A stretch of 64,000 nt of DNA from Bacteroidales bacterium (GCA_050953245.1 JBMNMG010000006.1:2821-66820); one strand, 5' to 3'. Shown: positions 11,015-21,859, counted from the stretch's first letter. Notes: generated by a model from the sequence alone, not told the origin. Numbers and translations are program-made.

Positions 11015-11974
11015 TTAAAATAAAAGTAATATTGGTAGTAACAATAATAAGCTAAAAAATATATCCGCATATAGTAATTTCAAATTGTTTAGAACAAACG
11101 ATATCAATATACTTAATGCCGGGAACGATAACATTATATAAAATAAAGGATTATTAGATATAAATACAAGTAATAAACATGAAAGTGTAACAAAAATAAG
11201 TAATGAATATTTAGTTTTTGTAGGGTTATTCATCGTATTAAATTTGAGAAATACAAAAATAGACGAAAATAAAATGATAATAACAAACGCAATTAAATAG
11301 ATTAGTTTAGATGTAGAATATTCAAAATGAAAAAATGCAAAGTTTATTTTTAATGTTTGTAAGAAAAATATTAATTCTTCTAATCTATTTTGAAAAAATA
11401 AAATTATTACCCAAATTAATATAGGTAAAATAAAACCTGTTAATATTATTAGTAAATATCTAAGATTAAACCTTTTAGTTATAAATAAAGAAATAATTAT
11501 GATTAATAATACGATATATGCATTTATATCCATTAAAAATGCTATACCGGCAAATACCCCGGAAGACATATAATAATTTTCAAAACTTCCTTCTTTAGTT
11601 GCTATTTCTAAAAGTCTGCAAATACAAGCAGATAGTAATAACCCTAAGATAATATTGGAATTATATAAACTTAATCCAAATAAAATTGAATAAACTGCCG
11701 GTGGCAATAAGGATGTTTTTGAAATCAAAATATTGTCTTTATTCGTTTTATCTATTATTAAGATAGTAACACCTAAAAAAACACTAAATAAGATTCCGGT
11801 AAGTAATGGGGAAAAGTTAAACAAAGAGCTAACTAATCTCATTATTGGTGCAGAAGAATTTATTTCAACGTTTATATTAGGAAAAATAAAGCACGGAATT
11901 TGAACTGCCAATGCTAAGAATATTAGTATTAGTATATTTTTTGGATATGAAAATTTAAATTGCTTAACAAGCAT
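11015..11974 (-). CDS. Polytopic membrane protein (DUF6427-like)
   Basis: About 9-10 hydrophobic segments; directly downstream of purD. Confidence 0.6.
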   Translation of the reverse strand: MLVKQFKFSYPKNILILIFLALAVQIPCFIFPNINVEINSSAPIMRLVSSLFNFSPLLTGILFSVFLGVTILIIDKTNKDNILISKTSLLPPAVYSILFGLSLYNSNIILGLLLSACICRLLEIATKEGSFENYYMSSGVFAGIAFLMDINAYIVLLIIIISLFITKRFNLRYLLIILTGFILPILIWVIILFFQNRLEELIFFLQTLKINFAFFHFEYSTSKLIYLIAFVIIILFSSIFVFLKFNTMNNPTKTKYSLLIFVTLSCLLLVFISNNPLFYIMLSFPALSILISFVLNNLKLLYADIFFSLLLLLPILLLF

Positions 11975-12005
11975 AGTTTTTTATTTTATTAATAAATATT
12001 ATAAT

Positions 12006-13283
12006 TTATAATAAATCTTTTCCTAAATCTTTACGTAAATATTTTTGATCAAATGTAATTTTTTCTGAGAGTTTATAAGCATTATCAAAAGCATCTTTAA
12101 CATTGTTCCCGTAAGCTGTAGCAGTTATCACTCTACCGCCATTAGTAACCAATTTGTTATCTGACAACTTAGTTCCGGCATGGAAAATAATATCATTATT
12201 TTCATCAATGTTCTCATTATCAATAAGAATTTCCATGCCCTTATTATAACTTTGAGGGTATCCTTTAGCAGTTAGCATTACTGTTGCAACATTTCTCTTA
12301 TCTATTTCTATAGTTTTGCCTCTTAAGTTATTATTTGCAGTATCTAAAAATAATTGTACAATATCGGATTTTATTCTGGGGAATACTGATTCTGTTTCAG
12401 GATCACCCATTCTACAATTATATTCAATTACATAAGGATTTCCGTTACAATTTATTAATCCAAAAAAGATAAAACCAACGTACTTGATTTCCTCTGCTTG
12501 TAAACCTTTAAGAGTAGGTTCAATAATTTTATCCTTTACTTTTGCTATAAATTCATCAGTAACAAACGGAACTGGTGAAATAGAACCCATACCTCCCGTA
12601 TTTAATCCTGTATCGTTTTCTCCAATTCGTTTATAATCTTTAGCTTCCGGTAATAAAACATAATCTTCTCCATCTGTAATTATGAAAACAGATAATTCTA
12701 TACCATCTAAAAATTCTTCTATTAACACTTGTTTACTTGCATTCCCAAACTTCTCATTTAAAAGCATGTTTTTTAGTTCTTTTACAGCATCGTCAAAATC
12801 GTCTAAGATTAAAACTCCTTTTCCTGCTGCTAATCCATCTGCTTTTAAGACGTATGGTGGGTTCATTTTTTTTAGAAAAGATATTGCCTCTTCTATTTCA
12901 TTTTTAGTAAATGATTTAAATTTAGCAGTAGGAATATCATATTTTACCATAAAGTTTTTAGAAAAATTTTTACTGCTTTCTAAGAGGGCTGCTTTAGCAT
13001 TAGGGCCGATGATTTTTAAATTTTCATGTTTTTTATTTAAGTAGTCTGTAATTCCATAAGATAATGGGACTTCAGGACCTACAACAACCATTTCTATATT
13101 TTTTTCAGATATAAAATTACTGATATTTGCGAAATCGTTTACATCTATATTAACATTTTCCCCTAAGCTTGCAGTACCGCCATTTCCGGGTGCAATGTAA
13201 ACCTTTGATGTTAAAATACTTTTGGAAACATTTAATGCTATTGCATGTTCTCTTCCACCGGAGCCAATAATAAGTATATTCAT
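12006..13283 (-). CDS. purD: Phosphoribosylamine-glycine ligase
   Basis: IGSGGREHA, KADGLAAGKGV, NTGGMG, EYNCRMGDPET, TNGGRV. Start set at ATG 13283 because the track's longer start runs into the -7 promoter box. Confidence 0.96.
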   Translation of the reverse strand: MNILIIGSGGREHAIALNVSKSILTSKVYIAPGNGGTASLGENVNIDVNDFANISNFISEKNIEMVVVGPEVPLSYGITDYLNKKHENLKIIGPNAKAALLESSKNFSKNFMVKYDIPTAKFKSFTKNEIEEAISFLKKMNPPYVLKADGLAAGKGVLILDDFDDAVKELKNMLLNEKFGNASKQVLIEEFLDGIELSVFIITDGEDYVLLPEAKDYKRIGENDTGLNTGGMGSISPVPFVTDEFIAKVKDKIIEPTLKGLQAEEIKYVGFIFFGLINCNGNPYVIEYNCRMGDPETESVFPRIKSDIVQLFLDTANNNLRGKTIEIDKRNVATVMLTAKGYPQSYNKGMEILIDNENIDENNDIIFHAGTKLSDNKLVTNGGRVITATAYGNNVKDAFDNAYKLSEKITFDQKYLRKDLGKDLL

Positions 13284-13293
13284 ATCTTTTTTC

Positions 13294-13325
13294 TGCAAAG
13301 ATAAATTTTTATAACTATCTTTGCA
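13294..13325. promoter_or_regulatory. Back-to-back Bacteroidota -7 promoter boxes (TATCTTTG on each strand)
   Basis: TGCAAAGATA-N12-TATCTTTGCA between divergent purD and wzx. Confidence 0.7.
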
Positions 13326-13341
13326 ACTAAATTTATATTCG

Positions 13342-14796
13342 ATGAAGAAAAAATTTATTTTAAATTTAATTCTTTTAATAATATTAAATATTTTAATTAA
13401 GCCCTACTATGTTTTCTTTATCGATAGAACGGCACAAAACTTAGTTGGTGCACAAGAGTATGGCTTTTACTTTGCTATATTAAATTTTACATTTGTCATA
13501 AATATAATTTTAGATATGGGTCTTGTAAACTATAATAATAGGTACATAGCCCAAAATCCTACATTGTTAAAACAAGTATTTCCTCCTTTAGTTACCCTTC
13601 GGCTTGTATTAGGTGTAATATATTGCTTAGTAGGGTTTTTTATTGCTGTTCTTATGGGGTATAGAACTCGTCAATTTCAAATGTTGGGAATACTATTATT
13701 TAATCAGTTCCTCTTATCGTTTATCCTATATTTAAGATCTAATATATCTGGATTGATGAAGTTTACTACAGATAGTATAATATCTGTTATAGACAAACTT
13801 ATTTTATGTGTTATTTGTACGGTAATGTTTTTAAATACTAGGCTAAAACTAAATTTTAAAATAGAATGGTTTGTCTATGCTCAAACTATATCATATTTAA
13901 TTACTGCCTTAATTGCTTTTATAATAGTTGCAAAAGATTCCAGCTTTAAAAAATTGGAATGGGATACAAAATTATTTAAAAAAGTCTTAATAAAAAGTTT
14001 ACCATATGCTATATTACCTATATTAATGTCGTTTTATTATAGAATAGATATGGTATTATTATCTAATTTAATACCTGGTGCAACAGGAGAAACTTATGTG
14101 GGTGTTTATGCACATTCATTTAGAATAATAGAAGCTTTAAATAACTTTGCATATTTATTTGCAGTCTTACTATTACCGTTATTTGCAAGGTTAATAAGTG
14201 AAAATGAAAGTGTACACGAATACGTACGACTAAGTACAAACTTTTTGGTAGTTTTTGTTTTTACGTTTGTAACGATTATTTTTTATTATGCATTACCAAT
14301 CATAGATGTATTATATAAAGAAGAAATAGAATTATCTGCTAAAGTATTTAATATTTTGATATTTAGCTTGCCGGGAATGGCTTTATCCTATGTTTATGGA
14401 ACTTTATTAACTGCAAACGGGAGCTTAAAAAAATTAAATACAATTGCTTTTATTGGGATGATTTTAAACGTATCTTTAAATTTATTATTAATTAGAAAAT
14501 ATAATGTAATAGGATCGGCAATTTCCAGTGTAGTTGCACATACAACAGTAATTACCATTCAAATAATAACTGTTGTCAAAATGTTTGATTTTAATATTAA
14601 TTTAAAAGTAATTAGCAATAAACTGTTGTTTATTATTTCTCTATATATTATAGGCTTCTTAATTCTAAAATATGTACCTTTTGAATGGTACTATAAACTG
14701 TTATTGCATATTTTTGTTGCAATTTTTCTATCTCTAATTTTCAAATTAGTTAATTTAAAAGGTTTAGTTAAATTAATAAAATCTGATGAAGAATAA
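13342..14796 (+). CDS. wzx: Polysaccharide flippase (Wzx family)
   Basis: About 13-14 TM helices; VGAQEYG, DMGL, YYRIDMVLL, GVYAHSFR. ATG 13342 preferred over TTG 13321. Confidence 0.82.
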   Translation: MKKKFILNLILLIILNILIKPYYVFFIDRTAQNLVGAQEYGFYFAILNFTFVINIILDMGLVNYNNRYIAQNPTLLKQVFPPLVTLRLVLGVIYCLVGFFIAVLMGYRTRQFQMLGILLFNQFLLSFILYLRSNISGLMKFTTDSIISVIDKLILCVICTVMFLNTRLKLNFKIEWFVYAQTISYLITALIAFIIVAKDSSFKKLEWDTKLFKKVLIKSLPYAILPILMSFYYRIDMVLLSNLIPGATGETYVGVYAHSFRIIEALNNFAYLFAVLLLPLFARLISENESVHEYVRLSTNFLVVFVFTFVTIIFYYALPIIDVLYKEEIELSAKVFNILIFSLPGMALSYVYGTLLTANGSLKKLNTIAFIGMILNVSLNLLLIRKYNVIGSAISSVVAHTTVITIQIITVVKMFDFNINLKVISNKLLFIISLYIIGFLILKYVPFEWYYKLLLHIFVAIFLSLIFKLVNLKGLVKLIKSDEE

Positions 14797-14889
14797 TTTT
14801 GATTATCTTTGCAAATTAATTGTATAAATTTTGTATTTTTACAAAATTTTTATCATAACTTTTTTTTAAAAAATTTTGATAGTTATTGA

Positions 14890-15912
14890 TTGATGGAAGA
14901 TAAAATAAAATTAAAATATAATTCATCTTTTATTTTATGTATTTTAAAAAAATACATAAAATTATTTTTATTTATTTTTGTTTTAACAGTACTGTGTGCA
15001 GTAGTATTTTCTTCTCCTCTATTTATTAAATCAAAATATAAATCTACATTAATTATGTTTCCATCTGCCAGCAGTTCAATTTCTAAGGCTTTGCTTACAG
15101 ATCAGGTAGATGTAAGTCAAGATGTGTTACAATACGGAGAAGATGAACAAATAGATAGAATGCTTCAGATATTAAATTCCAATTTAATCAGAGATAGAAT
15201 AATAGAAAAGTATGATTTATTAAATCATTACAATCTAATAAATCACAAATATAAATACACAAAACTCTATAAGAAGTATAAAAAGAATATCAAATTTAAA
15301 CGTACCGAATACATGGCAGTTTCGGTAGTCGTTTTAGATACTGATCCTGAGTATGCAGCAAATATTGCTAATGATATAGGAAGATTATATGATACAGCTT
15401 GCGTATTAATGCAAAAAGATAGAGCTAATCAAGCTTTATATATTGTAGAAGAAGCTTTAAGAGCTTCTACTCATAATATTAAGGTTATGGAAGATTCGTT
15501 AGCTCAATTAAGAAAATTAGGAGTAAACGATTATGAATCTCAATCGGAAGTGTTAAATCAGCAATTGGCTATAGAGTTAGCTAAGATGAACACTAAAGGA
15601 GTTAAGCTAATTCAAGAAAAACTGGACACCTTAGCAAAATATGGTACTCCGTACGTATCTATTTCCAATCAATTAGAGCACGATAAAATGCAATTGAGTT
15701 TGCTAAAATCTAAACTTGAAGAAGCTAAAATAGATGCAGAACAGCAATTAACTCAAAAATTTATTGTGTCTGATGCATTTATCGCAGAAAAAAAATCGTA
15801 TCCAATCAGATGGTTAATCGTTTTTACTTCTGTAATTGCAACGTTTTTATTTACTTTGATAGTAGTGATAATTTTTGAAAATTTAGATATTAATGCAAAT
15901 AATAGAGAATAA
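14890..15912 (+). CDS. Wzz/FepE chain-length determinant
   Basis: N- and C-terminal TMs flanking a coiled coil; DTDPEYAANIAN and AEKKSYPIRWLIV. Confidence 0.85.
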   Translation: MMEDKIKLKYNSSFILCILKKYIKLFLFIFVLTVLCAVVFSSPLFIKSKYKSTLIMFPSASSSISKALLTDQVDVSQDVLQYGEDEQIDRMLQILNSNLIRDRIIEKYDLLNHYNLINHKYKYTKLYKKYKKNIKFKRTEYMAVSVVVLDTDPEYAANIANDIGRLYDTACVLMQKDRANQALYIVEEALRASTHNIKVMEDSLAQLRKLGVNDYESQSEVLNQQLAIELAKMNTKGVKLIQEKLDTLAKYGTPYVSISNQLEHDKMQLSLLKSKLEEAKIDAEQQLTQKFIVSDAFIAEKKSYPIRWLIVFTSVIATFLFTLIVVIIFENLDINANNRE

Positions 15913-15976
15913 TATTTAAATGAAGTATAGTTTGAACAACAAAATAATAAAAAAAAGATATAAATAAAGTAAAGTT

Positions 15977-16861
15977 ATGGAAAACAATTTATCTGGGAAA
16001 AAACTTTTAGATGTATTACTTAAACGAAAAGTGCATATTGCTATAATTACATTTATTGGATTAATTATAGGTGTTATATTTTCGGGACCTAAATTTATTG
16101 TACCAAAATTTAAATCTACGGCTATAGTGTTTCCTTCCAATATTCAATCATATGCAGAAGAAAGCGAAACAGAGCAGTTAATGCAATGGTTTAACTCCGA
16201 TGACATCAAATTAGAAATTATAGAAAAATATAATTTATACGATCATTATAAAATTAAAAAGGGTAGTCCTAAATCTTTAGCATATGTGCTTAAAGAGTAT
16301 AATAGCAATATTAAAATTGAGCAAACGTCTAATCAGGCTATTAAAGTTATAGCTTTAGATAAAGATCCCCAATTAGCATGTGATATTGCTAACTCAATAG
16401 TAGAAATAACAAGTAGAATTATTGATTCAACTCATAATTTTTTATTTGCAGAGGTAATTAAAACTTATGAGAAAACTTTAAAAGAGCAAAATTATATTAT
16501 TGATAGTTTAGGAAAAGATTTAAAGGAATTTGATAAAAATGGTAGTATTTTAAAAAATATTTTTTCCGGCAAAGGTGGATCAAGTGAAGATACTATAACA
16601 TCGGATTATTTAACTAAACTATTTAAAGTGAAATCGTATACTGCAGGTTTAGAGGAATTTATTCTTGAATATACAAGAGCTTTATCTGAATACAATAGAG
16701 AGTTTACTCACTATTCATTAGTTCAAAAGCCTTATCCTGCAGACAAAAAATCATACCCGGTCAGATGGTTAATAGTATTAGCTGCTGGAGTTGTTATGTT
16801 TTTTGTATCATATGCAACATTTATTGTTTTAGATAGTAATTCAGAAAAAAAGAACGATTAA
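15977..16861 (+). CDS. Second Wzz-family protein
   Basis: Same architecture; DKDPQLACDIAN and PADKKSYPVRWLIV. Confidence 0.82.
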   Translation: MENNLSGKKLLDVLLKRKVHIAIITFIGLIIGVIFSGPKFIVPKFKSTAIVFPSNIQSYAEESETEQLMQWFNSDDIKLEIIEKYNLYDHYKIKKGSPKSLAYVLKEYNSNIKIEQTSNQAIKVIALDKDPQLACDIANSIVEITSRIIDSTHNFLFAEVIKTYEKTLKEQNYIIDSLGKDLKEFDKNGSILKNIFSGKGGSSEDTITSDYLTKLFKVKSYTAGLEEFILEYTRALSEYNREFTHYSLVQKPYPADKKSYPVRWLIVLAAGVVMFFVSYATFIVLDSNSEKKND

Positions 16862-16865
16862 TTAA

Positions 16866-18323
16866 TTGAAAGAAAAAAATAAATTATATTATATTTACGG
16901 TATAAGTACAATTTTTGTTTTAATTGTAGCATATTGTATAGCTAAGAACATTCCTTTTGTACCATTAGCAATACCATTAATTATTATTGGATTTGCATTA
17001 TACTTTTTTGCATACGATAAGGTTTTATTATTAATAGCTTTACTTACACCAATTTCCATTGAATTAGGAAGTAAGGAATTTGGGTTTACTATAAGTTTCC
17101 CTTCCGAAGTATTGCTGATTCAAATGGTAATTATGGTGTTTTTAAAATTCCTATCCGACAGAAAAATCGACAAGCAATTTCTTAAGCATCCAATTACTAT
17201 ATTAATAATTCTGAACCTGATTTGGATGTTTATTACAACATTAACCAGCGAAATGTTTTTAGTTTCATTTAAATACTTTTTAGCGAGGTTGTGGTTTGTA
17301 ATTCCATGTTATTTTGTTGGAGTAGAAATCTTTAAAGATCAAAAGAACATAGAAAAATATAATTGGGCATATATATTTTCTTTGTGTATTGTAATAGTTT
17401 ATACTTTAATAAGACACTCTGCAAGAGGATTTTCTCAATCTTCAAGCGTATTGATAATGAGGCCATTATTTCCGGAACACACTTCTTATGGTGCAATGCT
17501 AGTATTTGTAGTTCCATTTTTAGTGTTTTCGTTATTTAGAACTGGCAAAAAACCTATTTATAAAATAATAACTGCTTGTGTATTAGTGTTAGTACTAGCA
17601 GGATTAATTTTTTCTTTTACCAGAGCTGCATGGTTAGGAGGGATAATAGCTTTAATAATTATTATTTTATATCTTTTTAAGGTTAAATTACGATATATTT
17701 TAAGTGTAGGAATTTTATTTTTTGTTTTGTTTTTTGCTTTCCAAGAACAAATCATAGTTGCCTTAAAAAAGAACTCACAAGATTCCAGTCAAAATTTTAT
17801 AGAGCACGTGCAGTCTATGAGTAACATCTCCACGGATGCATCTAATTTAGAGCGTATCAATAGATGGCAATCGGCAATCAGGATGTTTAAAGAACGTCCG
17901 CTGGTTGGATGGGGACCGGGAACATATCAGTTTGTATATTCTCCGTTCCAACGTTCTCAAGAAAAGACCATTATTAGTACTAATGCCGGAGATGGCGGAA
18001 ATGCACATAGCGAATACTTAGGTACATTATCTGAACAAGGGATAATTGGATTGATAATAATAGTGATTTTATATATAACTATGATTTATACAGCGAATAA
18101 AGTGTTTTGGAAATCTAAAAATAAATTTGACAGGTACATGAGTTTAACATGTATGTTGGCTTTAGTCACATATTTTGTTCATGGATTTTTAAATAATTTT
18201 TTAGATATTGATAAAGCTGCTGTTTTATTTTGGTTATATGTAGCAATTATTGTATCTTTAGATTTAAAATACAGAAATGAACACAAAAAATTATCAGAAA
18301 ATAGTAAATCAGATTCCGAGTAA
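16866..18323 (+). CDS. O-antigen ligase/polymerase family protein
   Basis: Multi-TM; SFTRAAW, ERINRW, PLVGWGPGTY, AHSEYL. Confidence 0.85.
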   Translation: MKEKNKLYYIYGISTIFVLIVAYCIAKNIPFVPLAIPLIIIGFALYFFAYDKVLLLIALLTPISIELGSKEFGFTISFPSEVLLIQMVIMVFLKFLSDRKIDKQFLKHPITILIILNLIWMFITTLTSEMFLVSFKYFLARLWFVIPCYFVGVEIFKDQKNIEKYNWAYIFSLCIVIVYTLIRHSARGFSQSSSVLIMRPLFPEHTSYGAMLVFVVPFLVFSLFRTGKKPIYKIITACVLVLVLAGLIFSFTRAAWLGGIIALIIIILYLFKVKLRYILSVGILFFVLFFAFQEQIIVALKKNSQDSSQNFIEHVQSMSNISTDASNLERINRWQSAIRMFKERPLVGWGPGTYQFVYSPFQRSQEKTIISTNAGDGGNAHSEYLGTLSEQGIIGLIIIVILYITMIYTANKVFWKSKNKFDRYMSLTCMLALVTYFVHGFLNNFLDIDKAAVLFWLYVAIIVSLDLKYRNEHKKLSENSKSDSE

Positions 18324-18945
18324 TGTTAAATTAGTTGCAGTTTCAAAAACTCAACCCTTAGAGAACATTTTAGCAATATATAATTCGGGACAACGTATCT
18401 TTGGCGAAAACAGACCTTTAGATTTACGTGATAGATACGAAGCATTGCCAAAAGACATTGATTGGCATTTTATAGGTCATTTACAAACCAACAAAATAAA
18501 ATATATTATACCCTTTGTAAAGCTAATACATAGCATCGACTCTATTAAGCTTTTAAAAAATGTAAATAATTCTGCTCAAAAACATAATAGAGTAGTAGAT
18601 GTATTGTTACAATTCCATATAGCAGACGAAACTACCAAACAAGGATTTCAGTTGACCGAAATCCAAGAGTTTATTAAAAACGATGGGTTAAACGATCTAA
18701 AAAACGTCAATATTGTTGGAGTAATGGGTATGGCAACTAATACAGATGATATAAATCACGTTAGAACAGAATTTAAAAACTTAAAAAATATTTTTAATTC
18801 TTTAAAAGAAGAATTCTTTAGTACTAAAGAAGATTTTAAGGAAATTTCTATGGGTATGACTAACGATTATCACATTGCTATCGAAGAAGGTTCAACAATT
18901 GTTAGAGTAGGACGAGCAATATTTAACGATAATATAGAAATTTAA
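18277..18945 (+). CDS. yggS: PLP homeostasis protein YggS
   Basis: LVAVSKT, FGENR, WHFIGHLQTNK, SMGMTNDY, GSTIVRVG. Confidence 0.95.
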   Translation: MNTKNYQKIVNQIPSNVKLVAVSKTQPLENILAIYNSGQRIFGENRPLDLRDRYEALPKDIDWHFIGHLQTNKIKYIIPFVKLIHSIDSIKLLKNVNNSAQKHNRVVDVLLQFHIADETTKQGFQLTEIQEFIKNDGLNDLKNVNIVGVMGMATNTDDINHVRTEFKNLKNIFNSLKEEFFSTKEDFKEISMGMTNDYHIAIEEGSTIVRVGRAIFNDNIEI

Positions 18946-18972
18946 ATTATTATTGAACGTCATGTTTTAGGT

Positions 18973-19998
18973 ATGAAAAAAAGTACATTTACGATTGTAA
19001 CATTAATTATTTTGATAATATTATTTTATTTAAATATATTTATTGGAAAAGTAAATGTAAGTTTTTCTGACTTTCTCGCCTTTTTATTTAACCCTGAAAA
19101 AATAGATATAATTAAAAGCGTAATAGTATCTTCCAGACTAAATAGTACTATTACTGCATTCGTGACCGGAGCTGCGTTAGCGGTATCAGGGCTATTGCTT
19201 CAAACTTTATTTAAAAATCCGTTAGCAGATTCTTCCATATTAGGTATAGGATCAGGAGCAAGTTTGGGGGTGGCATTAGTTATACTATTCTTAGGATCTA
19301 ATCCAATAGCTTATATGTCGGTATCTTCAACTCTTACAAATAAAACAATAGTTACTATTGCATCTTTATTGGGAACTATTCCTATCTTATTAATACTTTT
19401 AGCAGTTTCTAAAAGAACTAACAATAATTTAGTAATATTGATTACAGGAATTATGATAGCATTTATTAATTCATCATTAATAGCTGTATTGCAGTTTTTT
19501 AGCAGACGCGAAAGTTTACAATCTTATATGTTGTGGGGTATGGGAAGTTTTTCGAACATCCCTACGAATTTAATAGGTTGGTATAGTATTCCATTAATAC
19601 TGGTAACGTTATCATCGTTATTTTTAATAAAGCCCTTAAATGCAATTTTATTAGGAACTGATTATGCTAAAAACTTAGGAATCAATATAACTAACTTAAA
19701 CTTTTTTTGTATTTTAATATCAGGAATAATAATAGGGTTAACTACTGCTTATTGTGGCCCAATTAGTTTTATCGGATTAGCAGCCCCTCACATAGTTAAA
19801 ATGTCTACAAAACAAGCAAATCATAAAATTCTTTTACCTTATACGATGGTTTTTGGAGGTTTATTTGCAATGTTTTCCTTGTTTATTACCAGACTGCCGG
19901 GTTTAGATGGAGCTTTGCCTATAAATGTAATAACATCATTAGTAGGAGCTCCTATTTTGATTAAGATTTTATTTACTCCTACAATTTCAAAAACATGA
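18973..19998 (+). CDS. FecCD/BtuC-family ABC permease
   Basis: GLLLQTLFKNPLAD, GPISFIGLAAPH, LPINVITSLVGAP. Confidence 0.9.
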   Translation: MKKSTFTIVTLIILIILFYLNIFIGKVNVSFSDFLAFLFNPEKIDIIKSVIVSSRLNSTITAFVTGAALAVSGLLLQTLFKNPLADSSILGIGSGASLGVALVILFLGSNPIAYMSVSSTLTNKTIVTIASLLGTIPILLILLAVSKRTNNNLVILITGIMIAFINSSLIAVLQFFSRRESLQSYMLWGMGSFSNIPTNLIGWYSIPLILVTLSSLFLIKPLNAILLGTDYAKNLGINITNLNFFCILISGIIIGLTTAYCGPISFIGLAAPHIVKMSTKQANHKILLPYTMVFGGLFAMFSLFITRLPGLDGALPINVITSLVGAPILIKILFTPTISKT

Positions 19999-20753
19999 TT
20001 AAGATAGAGAATATTACTACCGGATATAAAAGTCTTAGACGAAAAGGTAAAGATAAAGCAATTCATTCTAATTTAAATCTGGAAATTAAAAAAGGAGAAT
20101 TAATTTGTTTAATAGGAGCCAATGGCTCAGGTAAGTCCACATTAATTAAAACGTTAAATGGGAGTTTAAAACCTTTAAAAGGTAATATACAAATAGATGG
20201 AATAAATCTTAACAAAATCAATCCAAACGATTTAGCAAAAAAAATAGGTGTAGTATTAGCAACTTTCCCTACAATAGATAATATTAAAAGCAGTGAAGTA
20301 ATTGCTATGGGACGATATCCGTATTGTGGAATGTTCGGAAAACTAAACGAACACGATAATGCTATAATAGACCAGGCAGTGCAAGCTGTAGGAATTTCCA
20401 AACTCTATAATTTGTATTTTAATCAAATGAGCGACGGCGAAAAACAAAAAGTAATGATTGCTAAAACGTTAGCTCAAGAAACACCATATATAGTCTTAGA
20501 TGAGCCATTAGCATTTTTGGATTATCCGTCACGTTTAGATATAATGACACTCCTAAAAAATCTGGCTAAAAACCACAATAAAGGAGTCCTTTTTTCCACT
20601 CACAACCTGGAGATGGCATTAGACGTTTGCGATATTATTTGGTTAATGGATAAGAAAGGAAACTTTGCACAAACTTCTCGAGATGCAATCACACACAATC
20701 TATTAGAAAAATATTTTAACAAACAAACTGCGGATAGTTTAATTTTGGATTAA
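19995..20753 (+). CDS. BtuD/FepC-like ABC ATPase
   Basis: GANGSGKST, MSDGEKQK, LDEP; ATGA overlap with the permease. Confidence 0.9.
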   Translation: MIKIENITTGYKSLRRKGKDKAIHSNLNLEIKKGELICLIGANGSGKSTLIKTLNGSLKPLKGNIQIDGINLNKINPNDLAKKIGVVLATFPTIDNIKSSEVIAMGRYPYCGMFGKLNEHDNAIIDQAVQAVGISKLYNLYFNQMSDGEKQKVMIAKTLAQETPYIVLDEPLAFLDYPSRLDIMTLLKNLAKNHNKGVLFSTHNLEMALDVCDIIWLMDKKGNFAQTSRDAITHNLLEKYFNKQTADSLILD

Positions 20754-20758
20754 TTTTG

Positions 20759-21859
20759 TTAATCATGGGAAGCCATCCCAAACATCTCGATTAAATTATA
20801 GTATTTTCCTTCGCCGATATTTTTGTGCAACCTGGCATTAATTAAATCTTGGAGGATTATTTCCGGTTCAACAACATCTTCAATATAATATGGAGATTTA
20901 GAAGTATTACAATAAATAATTTTGTTGTTTTTTACTGCTTTAAAATATTGATAATAATCGTTTTGAGATGTAATATCAGATAATTTCACCTTATGCGGGG
21001 AAGATGTCATAACTCTCCAATATTCTGTTTCGGAACCTTTAGTAATTGCAGTTTCTAAATCAACGGAAAAGCTTCCACTATTTTCATTATCTTTATAGAT
21101 ATAGTTAAAACCTGCATCTTTGTATAAATTGGCAATGTAGCTCTGTCCACCGGAAGAATACCAATAGCCTTGATATTCCATAAAGTCGCAAATAGTAGCA
21201 TTTTCATCTACTTCAAGAGAATATTTTTCTATTAATGTTAAATAGTTATGTTCTATTTCATTAAATACATCACTTGCTTTTTTATATTCACCTAATAATA
21301 AACCAAAAATTTTTATCCATTCAGCTCTACCTAAGGCAGTTTGTTCTAAATACTCTACTATAGGGATTATTTTTAAACCTGCAGCAGCTAAACCGTTGTT
21401 GTTTTGATATTCAAAACCGGTAATAGTAATAAAATCCGGGCTTAAATTAATTATTATTTCGTTTTTAGCATTAACTCCTAATGTTATTTGCTCTACATTA
21501 TCTAAATTCATTCTATTTAATATGTCAGCATCTTTATAATAATTTATATCCGGAATTCCAATTATTTTATCTATAAACCCAACTTTTTCCATAAATGCTA
21601 TGTGGGTAGTTGAAAAACAAGCTATTTTGTTTTTGTTATTTAGCTCTTTTTTAGGTAAAGTAATCTTACTTAGTAGTTTGGCAGTGTCTGCAGGATCTCT
21701 AATTATTACATTATAAATAGAATCCGCATCATAAATTACAAATCCCTTAGCATATTTTGTTTCAAATTTTAAGTTATTTTCTTCTGATATATTATTTTTA
21801 CATCCCAATAAAAAAATTACTAAAATTACTGTTAGCATGGGAAATCGTAATAATTTCAT
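20759..21859 (-). CDS. BtuF-like substrate-binding lipoprotein
   Basis: Lipobox LLGC; YAKGF, EYLEQTALGRAEWIK, GGQSY, PEIILQDL. Confidence 0.85.
   Translation of the reverse strand: MKLLRFPMLTVILVIFLLGCKNNISEENNLKFETKYAKGFVIYDADSIYNVIIRDPADTAKLLSKITLPKKELNNKNKIACFSTTHIAFMEKVGFIDKIIGIPDINYYKDADILNRMNLDNVEQITLGVNAKNEIIINLSPDFITITGFEYQNNNGLAAAGLKIIPIVEYLEQTALGRAEWIKIFGLLLGEYKKASDVFNEIEHNYLTLIEKYSLEVDENATICDFMEYQGYWYSSGGQSYIANLYKDAGFNYIYKDNENSGSFSVDLETAITKGSETEYWRVMTSSPHKVKLSDITSQNDYYQYFKAVKNNKIIYCNTSKSPYYIEDVVEPEIILQDLINARLHKNIGEGKYYNLIEMFGMASHD

Noticed and set aside
13294-13325. Invertible promoter for the polysaccharide locus
   Set aside because: The inverted repeat is just two -7 boxes 12 bp apart, with no room for an invertible segment and no adjacent invertase
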